From: an uncultured Flavobacteriaceae bacterium
GTDB lineage: Bacteria > Bacteroidota > Bacteroidia > Flavobacteriales > Flavobacteriaceae
Direction: 5' to 3'
Assembly (NCBI GenBank): GCA_964403095.1
Contig: CAYOFS010000002.1
Coordinates: 1-50,619, forward strand
Length of the DNA: 50,619 nt
The first letter of the stretch is position 1. Every line of letters begins with the position of its first letter. A model generated the notes under the pieces. The model made no database searches, was not told where the DNA came from, and worked only from the letters and a program-made list of their open reading frames with translations. The translations under genes were made by a program, and so were the position numbers. This document shows, one piece after another, positions 19,206 through 29,017 of the stretch.

Positions 19206-19400
19206 ATGCAAAAACTAAATAAAATAGTTGAATTTATATACCTTATTATTGCTGTCGTTTTTTTTACCGATGCAATTATTACTTTCAGTACCGATAGAAA
19301 TAAAGCACTTTTACTAGTCGCTTTTGCTGTCATGGCTACTTTTATGTTCTTCTTTAAAAGAAAAGTAAGAAGGAGAAATTACAATAATCCAAAAAAATAA
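19206..19400 (+). CDS. Small predicted two-helix membrane protein (64 aa) with basic C-terminal tail
   Basis: Two hydrophobic segments (IYLIIAVVFFTDAII and LLLVAFAVMATFMFFF) followed by KRKVRRRNYNNPKK. Starts 4 nt after the lptC stop. Confidence 0.5.
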   Translation: MQKLNKIVEFIYLIIAVVFFTDAIITFSTDRNKALLLVAFAVMATFMFFFKRKVRRRNYNNPKK

Positions 19401-19401
19401 G

Positions 19402-19409
19402 TATTTTTG
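19402..19409 (+). promoter_or_regulatory. -7 promoter box TAttTTTG upstream of the DUF21-CBS gene
   Basis: tatttttg lies 18 nt upstream of the ATG at 19428. Confidence 0.4.
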
Positions 19410-19427
19410 TATCTATAAAAACAAACA

Positions 19428-20690
19428 ATGGAGATACAATTGCTCATTATTTTTTTATCAATCTTAGCATCTGCATTTTTTTCAGGAATGGAAATTGCAT
19501 TTGTATCTGCAAATAAAATTCAAATAGAAATTGAAAAACAGCAAGAAACATTTCTGTCTAAAATTTTAACAAAACTCACCAAAAACCCATCTAATTTCAT
19601 AACCACTATGCTTATTGGTAACAATATAGCCTTAGTTGTTTATGGTTACTTTATGGGCGATTTACTAGTTAGTTTTATTGAGCCTTATATAGCTAATTCG
19701 TTTTTATTATTACTTATCCAAACGTTTATTTCTACTATCATTATTTTAGTAACAGCCGAATTTTTACCTAAAGCAATGTTTAGAATTTTCGCAAATGAAG
19801 CTTTGCGTTTTTTTGCTATCCCTGCATATATTTTCTATGTATTATTTTATTTCCTCTCGCTTTTTGTAAGTTTTATTTCTGATTTTATATTAAAAACTTT
19901 TTTCAATACCTATGAAGATGAAATTTCTAATGAATTTAGTAAAGAGGAACTAGGTAATTATATAACAGAACAACTCGAGTCAAATAATGATGAAGACATA
20001 GATTCTGAAATACAAATTTTTCAAAATGCTTTAGAATTTCATAATGTTAAAGCAAGGGAAATTATGATTCCGAGAACCGAAATAGAAGCTTTAGATGTAC
20101 ATGAAAGTTTAGATAAGTTAAAAACAACCTTTATAGAAACAGGCTTTTCTAAAATTTTAATTTATAAAGAATCTTTAGATACTATTATAGGGTATGTTAC
20201 CGCTTTTGACCTTTTTAAAAAACAAAAAAGTATACGTACTATGTTGCGCTTAATTGAGTTTGTACCAGAATCTATGACTATTAAGAAAATATTAGAAACA
20301 TTAAGTAAAAAGAAAAAAAGTGTTGCTATTGTTTTAGATGAATATGGCGGAACATCAGGATTAATAACAAAAGAAGATATTATAGAAGAATTATTTGGCG
20401 AAATTGAAGACGAACACGATAGCGTTGATTTAACAGAAGAAAAAATTAATGATACCGAATTTTTATTTTCAGCAAGATTAGAAATAGACTATATTAACGA
20501 AACCTATGATTTAGATTTACCAAAAGACGAATCTTATGAAACCTTAGGTGGTTTTATTGTAAATTATACAGAAAACATACCAAAATTAAATGATGTTATT
20601 TTAATAGCTAATTTTGAAATAACAATCAAAAAAGTAAGTTCTTCCAAAATTGAAGAAATCCAGCTTGTAATTAAAGATTTAGAATACTAA
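19428..20690 (+). CDS. Hemolysin/CNNM-family membrane protein (DUF21 + CBS pair + CorC_HlyC)
   Basis: N-terminal multi-TM DUF21 region, CBS-pair region (REIMIPRTEI...) and C-terminal transporter-associated domain. 420 aa. Confidence 0.8.
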   Translation: MEIQLLIIFLSILASAFFSGMEIAFVSANKIQIEIEKQQETFLSKILTKLTKNPSNFITTMLIGNNIALVVYGYFMGDLLVSFIEPYIANSFLLLLIQTFISTIIILVTAEFLPKAMFRIFANEALRFFAIPAYIFYVLFYFLSLFVSFISDFILKTFFNTYEDEISNEFSKEELGNYITEQLESNNDEDIDSEIQIFQNALEFHNVKAREIMIPRTEIEALDVHESLDKLKTTFIETGFSKILIYKESLDTIIGYVTAFDLFKKQKSIRTMLRLIEFVPESMTIKKILETLSKKKKSVAIVLDEYGGTSGLITKEDIIEELFGEIEDEHDSVDLTEEKINDTEFLFSARLEIDYINETYDLDLPKDESYETLGGFIVNYTENIPKLNDVILIANFEITIKKVSSSKIEEIQLVIKDLEY

Positions 20691-20790
20691 ATCTTTTTAG
20701 TGTGCAATAGCACGCTCTATTTATTAGATATTACTTCTTAGTACTAAGAAAATACTTTAAAAACCACTTCTTAATACAAAATTGTTTTTG

Positions 20791-20798
20791 TACTTTTG
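20791..20798 (+). promoter_or_regulatory. -7 promoter box TActTTTG upstream of the PpiD-like gene
   Basis: tacttttg lies 27 nt upstream of the ATG at 20826. Confidence 0.45.
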
Positions 20799-20825
20799 CG
20801 CACTAAATTTAAACGAAAAAAAGAA

Positions 20826-22943
20826 ATGGCAATTTTAGGAAGTATTAGAAAAAGACCTATATATTTAATATTAATTATCGGATTGGCGCTTTTCGCCTTT
20901 GTGATTGGAGGTATATTTGATGGTAGTGGCGGTCCAAGTAGAAAGAGTATTGGTTCTATAAATGGTGAAGAAATCAGTAATGAGCGATTTTCTAGATTAT
21001 TAGAATCTCAAAAAAACAGTAAAGCTTCTTCTGTTAAAGCAGTTGAAAATGTTTGGAATAGCCTTGTTAAAGAAAAAGTATATGAAAACGCAATAGAGAA
21101 AACAGGTATTGTAATTGGTGAAAAAGCTATTTGGGATGCTATGACTTCAAATTCAGAAATTCAAAATGACCAAAGATTTAAAGATGAATCGGGTTTGTTT
21201 GATGAAAATAAATTAAAAGAATATATTGCTACCTTAAAAGACAATAGAGATACACCTCAAGGAGCAACACAATGGAGAAATTGGGTTAGTTATGAAGAAG
21301 AAGTGAAAGCTAATATAGCCAGAACGACTTATGATAACTTAATTAAATCAGGTTTAAAAGCACCTTTAAAAGAAGGAGAAAGACAATATTATTCAGAAAA
21401 CACAAGTTCTGATATTGATTTTACTTATATACCTTACACTTCAATAAAAGATAGTGAAGTTGTGGTTAGTGATAGCGAAATTAATACCTATATCAGTAGC
21501 AGACCAAAAGAATTTACTGTAGAAGCTAATACAAATATAGAATTTGTTAAATTTGAAGTAAAGCCATCTGTACAAGATGTTCGAAAAATAAAAAAAGATA
21601 TTACTAGCTTATTAAACGATTCTCAATCTTGGAACGATGTAACAAAAACTAATGAAAAAGTTACAGGTTTCAAAAACACAACAGATACCAAAAACTTTGT
21701 TAGAGATCATTCAGATACTCCTTTTGCAGACAAGTTATATTTAAAGAAAGATTTACCAGCATTTGTATTTGATACACTTATGACAAAATCTATTGGATAT
21801 GTTTATGGCCCTTATCGTGATGGTGATTATTTTAAATTAGCAAAAATACTAAGTAAAGATGGTGATAAATCTATAAAATCAAGCCATATTCTTATTGCTT
21901 ATAAAGGAGCGACTAGAGCTAAAGAAACAATCACAAGAACAAGAGAAGAAGCAGAAAAATTCGCAAAAACTCTTTTAAAAAGCGTAAATAAAAATAATTT
22001 TACTGACAAAGCAAAAGCTAATTCTGATGGACCAAGCGCATCAAAAGGAGGTGATATTGGATTTTTCAAACAAGGCCAACTAGCAAAAGAATTTGATGCT
22101 TTTATTTTTAATAAGAATAATAAAATAGGAAAAATAGAGCTAGTAGAAACAAGTTTTGGCTTTCATATTATTAAGATTGATGATAAAAAAACAGATGCAG
22201 GTTTAAAATTAGCCATTGTAACACGTAAAATTGACTCTTCAGAAGAAACTGAAAGTGAAATTTATCAAAACGCAGAAACATTTGCTTTAGATTTAACGAA
22301 AGGAAAAAAGATAACTGATCTATCTAAAGCGAATAACTTTAAACTACAACAAGCAGCTAATATTAAGATATTAAGTGAAAGCATTAGTGGTTTAGGTAAT
22401 CAGAGAGAAATTGTAAAATGGACTTTTGATACAGCAACTAAAGTAGGAGATATTAAACGTTTTGATTTAGATAATGGAGATTATGCAGTTGTAAGTTTAA
22501 AAAACAAAGTAAATAAAGGCTTAATGTCTGTTGAAGATGCACGCTCTAAAGTAGAAACTAAATTAAAGAAAGAAAAGAAAGCAGCTTTAATTCGTAAGCA
22601 AATTTCAGGTACTACTCTAGAAGAAATGGCTAAATCAATGAAAAAAACTATTTCAAAAGCAAAAGCCATCTCAATGACAAATACTAATTTGAAAATTGGA
22701 GGTAATGACGTAAACGTAGCAGCAGCCTTATTATACATTAAAGAAGGTGATGTAAAAACTATTAACGGGAATAGTGGCGTATATATAGTTAAAGTTACAG
22801 GTAAAAAGAAACCTTACGAAATTAAAAACTTCAATACATACGCTAACAAAATCACAGAAAAATTACAAGGCAGAACAGCTAAGATTTTTGATGTTTTAAA
22901 AAATCAATCCGAAGTAGAAGATAATAGAGCGCTATTTTATTAG
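20826..22943 (+). CDS. Periplasmic chaperone / peptidyl-prolyl isomerase, PpiD/SurA-like
   Basis: N-terminal membrane anchor (MAILGSIRKRPIYLILIIGLALFAF) and a parvulin domain (SSHILIAYKGA...GGDIGFF...FGFHIIKI). Start moved to the ATG at 20826 because the ORF-track start overlaps the promoter box. Confidence 0.85.
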   Translation: MAILGSIRKRPIYLILIIGLALFAFVIGGIFDGSGGPSRKSIGSINGEEISNERFSRLLESQKNSKASSVKAVENVWNSLVKEKVYENAIEKTGIVIGEKAIWDAMTSNSEIQNDQRFKDESGLFDENKLKEYIATLKDNRDTPQGATQWRNWVSYEEEVKANIARTTYDNLIKSGLKAPLKEGERQYYSENTSSDIDFTYIPYTSIKDSEVVVSDSEINTYISSRPKEFTVEANTNIEFVKFEVKPSVQDVRKIKKDITSLLNDSQSWNDVTKTNEKVTGFKNTTDTKNFVRDHSDTPFADKLYLKKDLPAFVFDTLMTKSIGYVYGPYRDGDYFKLAKILSKDGDKSIKSSHILIAYKGATRAKETITRTREEAEKFAKTLLKSVNKNNFTDKAKANSDGPSASKGGDIGFFKQGQLAKEFDAFIFNKNNKIGKIELVETSFGFHIIKIDDKKTDAGLKLAIVTRKIDSSEETESEIYQNAETFALDLTKGKKITDLSKANNFKLQQAANIKILSESISGLGNQREIVKWTFDTATKVGDIKRFDLDNGDYAVVSLKNKVNKGLMSVEDARSKVETKLKKEKKAALIRKQISGTTLEEMAKSMKKTISKAKAISMTNTNLKIGGNDVNVAAALLYIKEGDVKTINGNSGVYIVKVTGKKKPYEIKNFNTYANKITEKLQGRTAKIFDVLKNQSEVEDNRALFY

Positions 22944-22962
22944 TAAATAAATATATTTTACA

Positions 22963-22970
22963 TATATTTG
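22963..22970 (+). promoter_or_regulatory. -7 promoter box TAtaTTTG upstream of the OmpA-family gene
   Basis: tatatttg lies about 72 nt upstream of the ATG at 23043. Confidence 0.4.
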
Positions 22971-23042
22971 CAAATGAATTAGCTCATTTTTGCGCTATGA
23001 AAATAAAACAATAAATATATATAAACAATTAATTAATTAGAA

Positions 23043-24473
23043 ATGAAACATTTAAAAAGAATTTTATTCGTGTTTTTAATCGTTTTTACGGTTAACAGCT
23101 TACAAGCTCAGGATGAAAATAATCCATGGGCATTAGATTTCGGTACAAATGCCGTTGATTTTTTCCCAACAAATCACCCTTCAATCATCAGTGCAAATGG
23201 AGATAGCGCTGGTTGGTTAGATGAATTTGCAAATGCAAGAGATCATTACAACTTATTAGCAAGTCCAATTTCTAGAATTCATGTTGGTAAATATATTGCT
23301 GATGGATTTTCTTTAGGAGCAGGAGCGTCTTTTAACAACATTACTAAAATTGGTGAAATGTCAGTTTCTGACATGGCTTATATCGGTTTAGATATGGATA
23401 TTAGATATGCATTAAATAATGTAGTATTGAAAAATGTAAAATGGCTTGATCCTTATGTGTCATTTGGTGGTGGTTACACTATGATAGATGACGAAGGTAA
23501 CGGGACTTTAAATGGAGGTTTAGGTACTAACTTATGGTTTACAGATAACTTAGGTCTTAATGTACAAACAAACTACAAGCATTCATTTGATGACACGAAA
23601 CAATTACCTCATTTCCAACACGCTTTGGGTTTAATAGTTAAATTTGGTGGAGTAGATACTGATGGTGATGGTATATATGATAAAGATGATGCTTGTCCAA
23701 AAGTAGCAGGTTTAGAAGCTTTTAATGGCTGTCCTGATACTGATGGTGATGGTATAAAAGATTCTGAAGATTCTTGTCCTAATGTAGTTGGTACTGCAGC
23801 AATGAATGGTTGTCCTGATACAGATCAAGACGGTATAGCTGATAAAGATGATGCTTGTCCAAAAGTTAAAGGAACTAAAGCTAACAACGGTTGTCCAGAT
23901 AGTGATAACGATGGTGTTATAGATTCAAAAGATAAATGTCCAAAAGAAAAAGGAGCAAAAGCTAATAACGGATGCCCTTGGCCAGATACTGATGGTGATG
24001 GTGTATTAGATAAAGATGATAACTGTCCAAAAGTTAAAGGTCTTAAATCTAACAAAGGTTGCCCTAAAGTAGAAGAAGTTAAAACGGTTGTAGCAGCTCC
24101 AGCAGTTGTAATGACAAAAGAAGATACAGCTAAGTTAGACTCTTATGCAAAAACTATTTTCTTTAATTCAGCTAGATCTTCTTTCAAAACAGGAGTTGCT
24201 GCTAAATTACAAGGTATTTATGAAATTATGCATAAATATCCAAATGCTAACTTTAGTATTGATGGTCATACAGATAGTCAAGGTTCTAATGCTTTGAATA
24301 AAAAATTATCTCAAAAAAGAGCTGATGCTGTGAAAGCTTACTTAGTAGGTAGAGGTATGAGTTCAGTAAGATTATCATCTTATGGTTTTGGTGAAGATTA
24401 CCCAATTGACACTAACAAAACTAGTAAAGGTAGAGCAAACAACAGAAGAGTAGAAATTAGATTAATAAAATAA
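23043..24473 (+). CDS. OmpA-family outer-membrane protein with thrombospondin type 3 (TSP3) repeats
   Basis: Signal peptide, N-terminal barrel region, five DxDxDG-type TSP3 repeats with CP..GC pairs, and a C-terminal OmpA peptidoglycan-binding domain (GHTDSQGS...NRRVEI). Confidence 0.9.
   Translation: MKHLKRILFVFLIVFTVNSLQAQDENNPWALDFGTNAVDFFPTNHPSIISANGDSAGWLDEFANARDHYNLLASPISRIHVGKYIADGFSLGAGASFNNITKIGEMSVSDMAYIGLDMDIRYALNNVVLKNVKWLDPYVSFGGGYTMIDDEGNGTLNGGLGTNLWFTDNLGLNVQTNYKHSFDDTKQLPHFQHALGLIVKFGGVDTDGDGIYDKDDACPKVAGLEAFNGCPDTDGDGIKDSEDSCPNVVGTAAMNGCPDTDQDGIADKDDACPKVKGTKANNGCPDSDNDGVIDSKDKCPKEKGAKANNGCPWPDTDGDGVLDKDDNCPKVKGLKSNKGCPKVEEVKTVVAAPAVVMTKEDTAKLDSYAKTIFFNSARSSFKTGVAAKLQGIYEIMHKYPNANFSIDGHTDSQGSNALNKKLSQKRADAVKAYLVGRGMSSVRLSSYGFGEDYPIDTNKTSKGRANNRRVEIRLIK
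23655..24065 (+). repeat. Five tandem ~81-bp coding repeats (TSP3 units)
   Basis: gatactgatggtgatggt recurs at 23655, 23736 and 23985, with diverged units at 23817 and 23898. A 26-nt block (gataaagatgatgcttgtccaaaagt) occurs twice. Confidence 0.85.
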
Positions 24474-24494
24474 TTTAATTACAACTTAATATAT

Positions 24495-24525
24495 AAAGCC
24501 GCTCCAATTTTGGAGCGGCTTTTTT
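24495..24525 (+). terminator. Rho-independent terminator after the OmpA-family gene
   Basis: GC-rich stem agccgctcca / tggagcggct with loop attt, followed by a T-run. Confidence 0.85.
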
Positions 24526-24532
24526 ATTTTAC

Positions 24533-24540
24533 TATCTTTG
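24533..24540 (+). promoter_or_regulatory. -7 promoter box TAtcTTTG immediately upstream of the AddB-like nuclease gene
   Basis: tatctttg ends 4 nt before the ATG at 24545, the same geometry as at 3986..3998. This suggests a leaderless transcript. Confidence 0.5.
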
Positions 24541-24544
24541 CTTT

Positions 24545-27265
24545 ATGCAAAAATATATCAAAAATGTAGTAGAAGAAATTATTAATTCTTCAGTAAATAT
24601 TGCAAACACAAATATTATATTACCAAGTAAGCGTGCTGCCATTTTTGTTAAAAAGGAATTTAAAACTCAGTTAAATTCAGTTCAATTTTTACCGAAAATT
24701 ATAAGTATCGAAGATTTTATTTTAGATATATCTTATATTGAAAAGGTAGATAATTTAGTATTACTTTTTGAATTCTATAAACTCTATACTGTTACTGATA
24801 ACAAAGAAGTTTTAGATACTTTTGAAATTTTTTCAAATTGGGCTTCTATACTAATCAAAGACTTTAATGAAATTGATAGCTATCTAATTGACCAAACTAA
24901 TATTTTTAGTTATTTAAAAGATATAAATAGAATTGAAAATTGGTTTAAAAATGAACAGCAAAAAACAGATTTAACAACAAAATACATTCGTTTTTTTGAG
25001 CAAATAGAAAGTTATTATACCAAATTTTATCAAATATTACTAGAAAAAAAAATAGGTTATCAAGGTTTACAATATAGAGAAGCATATAAAAACATTGATA
25101 CTTATATAGAAAAACATAAAGCCTCTCATTATGTTTTCATGGGTTTTAATGCGTTAAACACATCAGAAGAAAAAATAATTAAAAGCTTACTTAAAAATAA
25201 ACAAGCTACTATTTATTTTGATATTGATAACACATTACTTCAAGAAGGCATTTCAGCAACTAGATTTATTAAAAATTACAAAACTGAATGGAGCTATTTT
25301 AAAAATAATGAATTTCGAAATATTACAAATGAATTTCAAAATGAAAAGAAAGTAGCTGTAATTGGTGTGCCTAAAAATGTTTCTCAAATTAAATACGCAA
25401 GTGAAATAATAAGTCAAAATATAGAAAAAAGTGAAAGTATCGCATTAGTCTTAGCAAATGAAAATCTACTGACAACTACAATTAATTCCTTACCCAATAA
25501 TGTTGAACATATAAATATTACAATGGGTTTACCGTTAAAAAATATTTTATATGCAGATTTATTTAACCTACTATTTAAACTTCATTTGAATAAAAAGAAA
25601 ATAGGGAATAATAAAAAATTTTATTTTAAAGATATCTTAGCCGTACTTAATCACTCAGTATTAAAAAACAAGTTGATAGATTCTTCAATTACAAACAACA
25701 TAACATTAAATAATTTAATATTTATTGATTATAACCAAATTAAAAAATTAAATACTGAAGAAAAAAACAATGATTTAATACATGTTATTTTTTACGATTG
25801 GTCAAATGATGTTAGTAATTGTCTAAATTTTTTAGAAATATTAAAACTAGAAAATAATAATAATTTTGATATTCAATATATCAATCGTTTTGAACAAATT
25901 TTCAATCAGGTACTTGTGCTTAATCAACAATATGGTTTTATAGAAAATTTAGAAGGTTTGGCTTCTGTTTTCAAACAATTATTAAATAATGAAACACTTT
26001 CGTTTAAAGGCAATGCATTAGAAGGCTTACAGATAATGGGCATGTTAGAAACACGTGCTTTAGAATTTGATACTGTAATAATAACATCGGTAAATGAAGG
26101 TTTTTTACCTTCAGGAAATACAAACAATTCATTTATACCATTTGATATAAAACGAGAAAAAGGGATACCAACGTATCAAGAAAAAAATTCGATATTTTCT
26201 TATCACTTTTTCAGATTAATAGCAAGAGCAAAAAATGTTTATTTACTTTATAATACAGAAACAGATGATTTTGGTTCAGGTGAAAAAAGTAGATTTATTA
26301 CACAATTAGAATTACTAAAAGAGAAGCTTCCAAAGTTAAGTATTAAAGAATATATTGTTAGTCCTAAAATAAATAATGAAGAATTTGAGTTAAAAGAAAT
26401 AAAGAAAAATACAGAAATAATAAAAACACTAATAAAATCAAATAATAAGGGATTCTCACCAACAGCGTTAACAAATTACATTTATAATCCGATAGCATTT
26501 TACAAACAAAAAGTATTAAAAATATACCAATTAGACACTATTGAAGAAACTATTGCGGCAAATACATTAGGAACGGTTATTCATAAAGTTTTGGAGGATT
26601 TTTATTTACCCTTTAAAAATAAATTTATACAAATAGAAGATGTACAAAAAATGAAAATTGAGGTTGCTAAATCAGTAACAAAAAAATTTAAAAAAGAATA
26701 TACAAATGGTGATATTTCAAAGGGTAAAAATCTATTAACTTTTGAAGTATCAAAACAATTCATTATCAATTTTTTAAATCAGGAAATCAATTTATTAAAA
26801 CAAGGCAAACAAATAAAAATAATCGATTTAGAAGTAGATCTATTGACGGAAGTTACTGTTGACGGAGTTGATTTCCCAATAAAATTAATGGGACAAGCAG
26901 ATAGAATTGATATATTAGATGGTGTTTTAAGAATAATTGACTATAAGACAGGAAAAGTAGAGCAAAAACATTTAAACATAAATATTTGGGGTAATATCAT
27001 TAAAGACCATAAATATTCAAAAGCATTCCAAGTACTTTTGTACGCATATATGTATGCAAAAATGAATAAATTATCTTTTGAAGGTACTAAAATTGAAAGC
27101 GGAATAATATCTTTTAAAAATCTAAAACCAGGTTTTATGAAAGTTAATAAAAAACCCATATCACAAGAAGATATGTTACTTTTCGAAAATGAATTAAAAC
27201 ATTTATTATCTCAAATATTTGATATAAATTTACCATTTATAGAAAATGAAAACCTTCCCTATTAG
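24545..27265 (+). CDS. PD-(D/E)XK nuclease superfamily protein, AddB/RexB-like (inactive helicase-like scaffold plus C-terminal RecB-type nuclease)
   Basis: 906 aa with C-terminal nuclease motifs GQADRIDILDGVLRIIDYKTGK and QVLLYAYM. I found no GKT/GKS Walker A motif in the protein. Confidence 0.7.
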   Translation: MQKYIKNVVEEIINSSVNIANTNIILPSKRAAIFVKKEFKTQLNSVQFLPKIISIEDFILDISYIEKVDNLVLLFEFYKLYTVTDNKEVLDTFEIFSNWASILIKDFNEIDSYLIDQTNIFSYLKDINRIENWFKNEQQKTDLTTKYIRFFEQIESYYTKFYQILLEKKIGYQGLQYREAYKNIDTYIEKHKASHYVFMGFNALNTSEEKIIKSLLKNKQATIYFDIDNTLLQEGISATRFIKNYKTEWSYFKNNEFRNITNEFQNEKKVAVIGVPKNVSQIKYASEIISQNIEKSESIALVLANENLLTTTINSLPNNVEHINITMGLPLKNILYADLFNLLFKLHLNKKKIGNNKKFYFKDILAVLNHSVLKNKLIDSSITNNITLNNLIFIDYNQIKKLNTEEKNNDLIHVIFYDWSNDVSNCLNFLEILKLENNNNFDIQYINRFEQIFNQVLVLNQQYGFIENLEGLASVFKQLLNNETLSFKGNALEGLQIMGMLETRALEFDTVIITSVNEGFLPSGNTNNSFIPFDIKREKGIPTYQEKNSIFSYHFFRLIARAKNVYLLYNTETDDFGSGEKSRFITQLELLKEKLPKLSIKEYIVSPKINNEEFELKEIKKNTEIIKTLIKSNNKGFSPTALTNYIYNPIAFYKQKVLKIYQLDTIEETIAANTLGTVIHKVLEDFYLPFKNKFIQIEDVQKMKIEVAKSVTKKFKKEYTNGDISKGKNLLTFEVSKQFIINFLNQEINLLKQGKQIKIIDLEVDLLTEVTVDGVDFPIKLMGQADRIDILDGVLRIIDYKTGKVEQKHLNINIWGNIIKDHKYSKAFQVLLYAYMYAKMNKLSFEGTKIESGIISFKNLKPGFMKVNKKPISQEDMLLFENELKHLLSQIFDINLPFIENENLPY

Positions 27266-28108
27266 ATGAAAAAAATAATAAATACAATTATTCAAGGCAA
27301 ACACAATAAGCCAATATTAGTTGATTATTTTTTTAAAGATAATCAGCAAAAAAAACCTGTTATTATTTTTTGTCATGGCTACAAAGGTTACAAAGATTGG
27401 GGTTCGTGGAATTTAATGGCAAAAGAATTTGTAAAAAATAATTTATTTTTCATCAAGTTTAATTTTTCACATAATGGCGGCACAGTTAATAACCCAATAG
27501 ATTTTCCAGATTTAGAAGCTTTCGCATCAAACAATTATTCTATTGAAATAGATGATTTACAATCGGTTATTGATTCCGTTTTAAGCAATAAACAATTCCA
27601 TAAAGAAATTGACAATACAAATATTACATTAATAGGTCACTCTCGTGGTGGAGGAATTGCAGTACTTAAGGCAAGTGAAAATAATAAAATAACCAAAGTA
27701 GTTTCGTGGAATGGAATTAGTGATATTGAATCACGTTTTCCAAAAGGAGAAGCATTAGAAGCATGGAAAAAAGCAGGAATTGGTTATATTCAAAATACCC
27801 GAACAAAACAACAAATGCCAAATAAGTTCCAAGTTTATGAAGATTTTATGGCAAATAAAGATAAACTACATATAAAATCGGCTATTGAAAAAATTAAAAT
27901 TCCACATTTAATTATCCAAGGAACTAACGATACAGTTGTGCTACCCCAAGAAGCTGAAAATATGTACTCTTGGAATGACAAAAGCGAATTATTAATGATA
28001 GAAAACATGAACCACGCTTTAGGGAATACACAACCTTGGAATAAACAAGCCATGCCAGAAGATTTAGAAAAAGTAATAAATTATACAATAGAATTTTTAA
28101 ATAAATAA
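27266..28108 (+). CDS. Alpha/beta hydrolase
   Basis: Nucleophile elbow GHSRGG and a C-terminal His region (NMNHAL). The ATG directly abuts the upstream TAG stop. Confidence 0.75.
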   Translation: MKKIINTIIQGKHNKPILVDYFFKDNQQKKPVIIFCHGYKGYKDWGSWNLMAKEFVKNNLFFIKFNFSHNGGTVNNPIDFPDLEAFASNNYSIEIDDLQSVIDSVLSNKQFHKEIDNTNITLIGHSRGGGIAVLKASENNKITKVVSWNGISDIESRFPKGEALEAWKKAGIGYIQNTRTKQQMPNKFQVYEDFMANKDKLHIKSAIEKIKIPHLIIQGTNDTVVLPQEAENMYSWNDKSELLMIENMNHALGNTQPWNKQAMPEDLEKVINYTIEFLNK

Positions 28109-28110
28109 TC

Positions 28111-28938
28111 ATGAAAAAAACAATTATTATAAGTCTAATTACACTTTTAGTAATAAGCTTTGGATGTAAAACAAACTCAGTAACTACTACAAGTCAATCT
28201 GATACTAAAACAGTAAAAGAAACATCTAAAAGAGAACACTCTGTGCAAGCTTTACTTTGGCAACAAAGAGCAGCGGAATATAAAGCCCTATGCCATCAAG
28301 CATATAATATTGCCAAATTACGTATTGATGCACTTGCCAATAAGCAACACATAAAACCAATCGCTATTGTAACCGATATTGATGAGACTGTTTTAGATAA
28401 TAGTCCATATAATGCTAGAATGGTTAAATCAGATTCGGGTTATACAAGTAAATCATGGATTTCTTGGGGAAAAGAACGTAGAGCAAGAGTAGTACCTGGA
28501 GCCTTAGACTTCTTCAACTACGCAAATAAAAAAGGAGTAACTATATTTTATCTTTCCAATAGATATAACGTACAAAAAAGCGAAACTATCGATAATTTAA
28601 AAAAGGCAGGATTTCCAAATGTTGATGAAACTCATGTTTTATTAAGAACAAACTCTAGTGGAAAACAAGCAAGAAGAGATATTATTAGCAAAACACATCA
28701 AATAGTGATGTTATTAGGTGATAATCTATCCGATTTCTCTGAAGACTTTGACAAACAACCTTCTAAAAAAAGAAACGCCTTAGTGTTAGAAAAGAAAAAA
28801 TCATTTGGGAATAATTTTATTGTATTTCCAAATCCAATGTATGGTGATTGGGAAAATAAAGGTATTTATGAAGGTTCTTATAAATGGACGGATAAACAAA
28901 AAGATTCCATTCGTAAAGCAAAACTGTTATTGAACTAA
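28111..28938 (+). CDS. Class C acid phosphatase / 5'-nucleotidase lipoprotein e(P4) family
   Basis: Lipoprotein signal (VISFGC), DDDD-type HAD motifs (VTDIDETVLDNSPY and GDNLSDF), and YGDWE near the C-terminus. Confidence 0.85.
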   Translation: MKKTIIISLITLLVISFGCKTNSVTTTSQSDTKTVKETSKREHSVQALLWQQRAAEYKALCHQAYNIAKLRIDALANKQHIKPIAIVTDIDETVLDNSPYNARMVKSDSGYTSKSWISWGKERRARVVPGALDFFNYANKKGVTIFYLSNRYNVQKSETIDNLKKAGFPNVDETHVLLRTNSSGKQARRDIISKTHQIVMLLGDNLSDFSEDFDKQPSKKRNALVLEKKKSFGNNFIVFPNPMYGDWENKGIYEGSYKWTDKQKDSIRKAKLLLN

Positions 28939-29017
28939 AAATGGGTTAATATATGGGCTTTATCACTTGTATTTTTAGTCTGTTTTTTGTACCTTGCCAC
29001 CTTTCAAAAATATATTT

